A stretch of DNA of 63,533 nucleotides, counting the filler, from NCBI GenBank assembly GCA_964501035.1. It is 6 parts of 6 records of this genome, joined end to end, with 100 filler letters (N's around TTAATTAATTAA, not from the genome) between each part and the next. Parts side by side here need not be neighbours in the genome. Positions count along the whole stretch, not along the records: positions 56,284 to 63,533 come from CAZCRK010000069.1; 5 more parts are not named here. The stretch is one strand, 5' to 3'. Below are positions 59,544-63,533 of the stretch, in pieces. The position numbers were made by a program, and so were the translations under genes. Every line of letters starts with the position of its first letter. Within the stretch, counting starts at the first letter, position 1. The notes under the pieces are model-generated. The model ran no database searches and was not told the origin of the DNA. It saw only the letters and a program-made list of their open reading frames with translations.

Positions 59544-61832
59544 ATGTATTTTATTGTTTCAAATCATTCAATTTACTATATATTTGGCATGATTTTTCCG
59601 AATAGAAATAACACCTTGATAAAAAATTTGAAACATATATTACCAATTTTCTTTGTAGTTGTCAATTTTGGCTATGCCATTGATTACCTTTGGCCAACAA
59701 ATGCTAGCTCTACATTAACTGCTGTATTTGGCGAAATTCGCCCAAGAAGGTACCACACTGGAATTGACATTCGAACGTGGGGTAAAAATGGTTATGAACT
59801 TTATGCAATTGAAAATGGGTATATTGAACGAATTCGATGTGGGTCAAACGGATACGGGAAAGCTATTTATATTCATTTAGATGACGGCAATACTGTTGTA
59901 TATGCCCATTTAGAAAAATTTAACCAAGAACTAGATTTAATTTTAAATTCACTAATTAATCATTATAATTCATTTACAGTCGATTACACATTTTCACCTG
60001 ATGAATACCCTGTCCGAAAAGGTGATTTGATTGGCTACACAGGTGATACGGGAGGAATATCTGGTCCACATTTACATTTTGAAATACGGGATAAAAATGG
60101 ACGTCCGCTTAATCCTTTACTTACTAATTATGCAATTCAAGATGATATTCATCCAGTTGCTGAAGCCATAGCTTTTATACCCCAAGATACTCAATCAATG
60201 ATTAATGGACAATCCAAAACCAGTACATTTCCAATTAAAAAATTATCGAAAGAAAAATATGTTGTAGAAGATACAATTTCAGTGGTTGGAAAGTTTGGTG
60301 TTGCCCTTAAAATATTTGATAAAATTAATGAACAACCCTTCAATTTTGGTGTATATGGATTAGAGATGTCAATTGATGGAAAGTTTGTTTATGCAGTACA
60401 ATATGATGATATCGATTTTTCCAATAATCCAAAGGTTTATAATGAACGTGACTATGGTTTAATACGACAGGGCAAAGGTAAGTACTACCGGCTTTTTGCG
60501 TCGAATAATACTCAAAATTTACCTTTCGTTGATAATCAATCCTTATTGTACAACAAATTTAGTGATGGCTATCATAACATAAACATTTTAGCATGGGATT
60601 TCAATAATAATTCAATTGAATTGAATGCTACTATTTTATGCGAACCTCTAAGTTCTTTTGATATTGAGATTACTCAAATAGATAATTCATGGATGCTTTC
60701 AACAAATCCACATGATGAGATTAAACCAATTTTTAATCTCAAAACAAAGTACTTTGACAGCAAATCACAACACATTCATCCAATAAATATCAATCAAAAT
60801 AAATATTTGTTAGAAAATATTTCAGATCCATTTAACATTCTCAATATAAGTGGAAATTCATACAAGGGGATTCCAGTAACACCACAATTTTTATCTCTAA
60901 CAGCTAAACAATTACCCAAGATTGAAGGAAATATTAACATAAACCACTTTGAACATGGAGTAGTTATTGAGTTTATAGAAACAGAGTTTACAGGCTTATC
61001 TCCTCAATTGGTTTTTGAAAAGGGTACAAAAATAACGAAATATAACTTAATGAGACTGGAACAAAATATTCTCACATCCCAAGTATTTATGCCTAAACAA
61101 CTTGACGGATTAACTCAAATTTCTGTTGTATATCCTGATGATGTTAATCATCAGTTTAATCGCTCTATATCTTCACAAGTAGTAACACAACTTGAAAAAT
61201 TTGAGTTAACCAATGTTAATAGAACTATTAAAGTAAAAGGAGATGAAAATACATTTTATAAAACTACGTTTGTTTGGATTGAAGCAATTTCTGCACCAAA
61301 ACCGAAAGAAGGAAAATTAGTTTCAAATCCTGTTTTTGTTGGACCAAACTACATTCCATTTGAAAATGAAATCACATTAGAGTTCACAATCCCCAGCTCA
61401 AAAGAATACTCACATTACGCCATCTATTATTATGATACACAAAAAAACAAATGGTATTATATGGATACTAAACGTAATGGACGAATTCTTTCAACTACAG
61501 CATTATCAGGTGAAATATTTGCTGTTATCAGAGAGACATCCCCTCCTTCAATTTCTAGACTAATCCCAAACAACGGTGGCACGTATGCTCAAAATGGGTT
61601 TGATGAATTATCGTTTTATATTGATGATTCTTTCTCAGGGGTAAATGGAGAAAATGACATTGAAATTATATTGGATGGGCATCCAGTCATAGTACGGTAC
61701 AACTCGTATCAAAAGAAAGTGTATTACCCCTTTCACACACCACTATCAGTCGATAAACATACATTTACAATAAATGTAACAGATAAAGTAGGAAACAATC
61801 AATCATTAACTGGCACCTTTTGGGTAAAATAA
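59544..61832 (+). CDS. M23 family metallopeptidase
   Basis: HTGID, YAHL, GDTGGISGPHLHFEIR; true start is probably a little downstream. Confidence 0.9.
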   Translation: MYFIVSNHSIYYIFGMIFPNRNNTLIKNLKHILPIFFVVVNFGYAIDYLWPTNASSTLTAVFGEIRPRRYHTGIDIRTWGKNGYELYAIENGYIERIRCGSNGYGKAIYIHLDDGNTVVYAHLEKFNQELDLILNSLINHYNSFTVDYTFSPDEYPVRKGDLIGYTGDTGGISGPHLHFEIRDKNGRPLNPLLTNYAIQDDIHPVAEAIAFIPQDTQSMINGQSKTSTFPIKKLSKEKYVVEDTISVVGKFGVALKIFDKINEQPFNFGVYGLEMSIDGKFVYAVQYDDIDFSNNPKVYNERDYGLIRQGKGKYYRLFASNNTQNLPFVDNQSLLYNKFSDGYHNINILAWDFNNNSIELNATILCEPLSSFDIEITQIDNSWMLSTNPHDEIKPIFNLKTKYFDSKSQHIHPININQNKYLLENISDPFNILNISGNSYKGIPVTPQFLSLTAKQLPKIEGNININHFEHGVVIEFIETEFTGLSPQLVFEKGTKITKYNLMRLEQNILTSQVFMPKQLDGLTQISVVYPDDVNHQFNRSISSQVVTQLEKFELTNVNRTIKVKGDENTFYKTTFVWIEAISAPKPKEGKLVSNPVFVGPNYIPFENEITLEFTIPSSKEYSHYAIYYYDTQKNKWYYMDTKRNGRILSTTALSGEIFAVIRETSPPSISRLIPNNGGTYAQNGFDELSFYIDDSFSGVNGENDIEIILDGHPVIVRYNSYQKKVYYPFHTPLSVDKHTFTINVTDKVGNNQSLTGTFWVK

Positions 61833-61897
61833 TTGAAATTTAAATTGCTCCTATATTGTTGCACTCTTATAAAAAGTAGTATTTTATCCACTCGGAT

Positions 61898-62284
61898 ATG
61901 AGTAAGAATAAACCAACAGTTGAAGATTTAATTCATGAAGCACGAAAAGCTCAACTCTCTGCATTAGCTCCGCATAGTAATTATGCCGTTGGAGCAACCA
62001 TTTTAACTTCAAATTTTTCATTGATTTCTGGATTTAATATTGAATCTAAAGTATATCCCTCTACAATGTGCGCAGAGCGGGTCGCAATTTTTTCTGCCCT
62101 CTCACAGGGACATTCGTCTTTTTCTGCAATCGCAATTATAACGGATGATGGTGGTATGCCGTGTGGGTCTTGCTTGCAACTCATTCACGAGTTTATGGGA
62201 AATATCCAAATCCATATTGCAGATAAATCATTGAAATATAAAACATACTCAACACAGGAATTACTCCCTCACCCCTTTGGATGA
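61898..62284 (+). CDS. cdd: Cytidine deaminase
   Basis: CAER, PCGSC, ELLPHPF. Confidence 0.92.
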   Translation: MSKNKPTVEDLIHEARKAQLSALAPHSNYAVGATILTSNFSLISGFNIESKVYPSTMCAERVAIFSALSQGHSSFSAIAIITDDGGMPCGSCLQLIHEFMGNIQIHIADKSLKYKTYSTQELLPHPFG

Positions 62285-62925
62285 TAAATAAAAATACAAT
62301 ATTAATTGGAATTGCGGGTGGTACAGGTTCTGGAAAAACATCTATAGCCAAAGCACTAACATCTGAATTTGGCGAACAGGAAGTTGCTCTTATAGAACAA
62401 GATTCATATTATAATGACATAAGTCACTTGTCATTTGAAGAGCGTTCATTAAATAATTTTGATCATCCAAAGTCTGTTGATTTTGAACTCATGAAACAAC
62501 ATCTTCAACGCATGTTAAATGGTGAAACTGTAGATACTCCTGTGTATGACTTTAAAAGGCACAAGAGATCAAAAGAAATTATATCAATCCCTAAACATCA
62601 TATTATCATTTTAGAAGGTATTTTTGCTTTGTTTGATAAAAATATTAGAGACATGATGGATATAAAGCTCTATGTAGATACCCCTGATGATATTCGTGTA
62701 ATGCGTCGAATGAAACGAGACATAAGTAAACGTGGAAGAAGTTTTGAATCTGTAATGAAACAATATTACGAAACAGTTCGACCAATGCATATTCAATTTG
62801 TTGAACCCACAAAGAAATATGCGCATATCATCATACCTGAGGGTGGCCATAATACCGTTGCAATTGATATTATCAAAACTAAATTAATGATGTTATTATT
62901 ACATAAAAAAGAAAGCTATAAATGA
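62281..62925 (+). CDS. udk: Uridine kinase
   Basis: GGTGSGKT, QDSYY, NFDHP, RDISKRGR. Confidence 0.95.
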   Translation: MINKNTILIGIAGGTGSGKTSIAKALTSEFGEQEVALIEQDSYYNDISHLSFEERSLNNFDHPKSVDFELMKQHLQRMLNGETVDTPVYDFKRHKRSKEIISIPKHHIIILEGIFALFDKNIRDMMDIKLYVDTPDDIRVMRRMKRDISKRGRSFESVMKQYYETVRPMHIQFVEPTKKYAHIIIPEGGHNTVAIDIIKTKLMMLLLHKKESYK

Positions 62926-63494
62926 CCCTAACACCAAAATATACAGGATGGATTGAAGTAATTTGTGGACCAATGTTTTCAGGAAAAACTGAAGAATTAA
63001 TCCGAAGATTAGTTCGGGCACAAATTGCAAAACAACGTGTATCTATATTTAAACCTGCAATTGATAACAGATACAGTGACGATTTTATTGTATCACATAA
63101 CCAACGTAAAATAAAATCTATTGTTGTCGATTCACCATCCGAAATTTTGAAACATACAGAGTCTGCTGATGTTTTTGGTATTGATGAAGCTCAATTTTTT
63201 GATTTATCTATAACTAACGTATGTAAAACACTCGCTAAAAAAGGAAAAAGAGTTGTGGTTGCAGGTTTGGAAAAAGATTACAGATGCCAACCATTTGGAG
63301 CAATGCCAGAGTTATTAGTTGACGCAGAATACATTATTAAAGTGAACGCAATTTGTATGGTCTGTGGGGACCCTGCAAATTTTAGTCAAAGATTAAGTTC
63401 TGAAGACACACAAGTTGTCGTCGGTGAAGCAGATAAATATGAAGCACGATGCAGAAAATGTTATAAACCTGAAAATAATATGGAGAATAAATGA
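62922..63494 (+). CDS. tdk: Thymidine kinase
   Basis: GPMFSGKTEEL, IDEAQF, CMVC..YEARCRKC. Confidence 0.97.
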   Translation: MTLTPKYTGWIEVICGPMFSGKTEELIRRLVRAQIAKQRVSIFKPAIDNRYSDDFIVSHNQRKIKSIVVDSPSEILKHTESADVFGIDEAQFFDLSITNVCKTLAKKGKRVVVAGLEKDYRCQPFGAMPELLVDAEYIIKVNAICMVCGDPANFSQRLSSEDTQVVVGEADKYEARCRKCYKPENNMENK

Positions 63495-63533
63495 ACTTTG
63501 TTAGCATTATAGGATTACTTGCTCTATTAATGA
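63491..63533 (+). CDS. Membrane protein start, possibly a NupC-type nucleoside transporter (partial)
   Basis: MNFVSIIGLLALLM overlapping the tdk stop; nucleoside salvage operon context. Confidence 0.45.
   Translation, partial: MNFVSIIGLLALLM

Overview
Low-GC bacterial sequence. It is not one contiguous locus: it consists of six contigs joined by artificial 100-nt linkers (N44-TTAATTAATTAA-N44 at 11921, 23293, 34533, 45466 and 56184). The complete contigs decrease in length, as expected for a concatenated MAG/SAG. Gene content suggests an FCB-group marine bacterium such as Marinimicrobia/SAR406; this is inference from FlgD/T9SS-like C-terminal tails, dockerin- and Cys-rich secreted proteins, fused E1 alpha/beta and a class GN sortase. 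Housekeeping genes include tgt, pyrF/E, coaE, adk, PBP1A, fumC, korAB, a folE-lpdA-lipB-E1-E2-lipA operon and cdd-udk-tdk. The most striking locus is 1118-4960, a tandem array of secreted cohesin-like/dockerin proteins with conserved ends and unrelated middles. They are interleaved with a REP-associated tyrosine transposase (RAYT) that carries four GTAG-REP hairpins in frame, and with a deleted RAYT/REP-doublet remnant. Rearrangement junctions fall at REP edges, and a related REP marks a truncated secreted-protein gene on another contig. This is a candidate RAYT/REP-linked surface-protein diversification system. Other notable items are a TGT with all three Zn-ligand Cys replaced by Ser, an unnamed domain repeated across several secreted proteins, a Fur-box plus structured leader, an empty purine/pyrimidine heptamer inverted-repeat element, and an adenylate cyclase-TPR gene inside the 2-oxoacid dehydrogenase operon.
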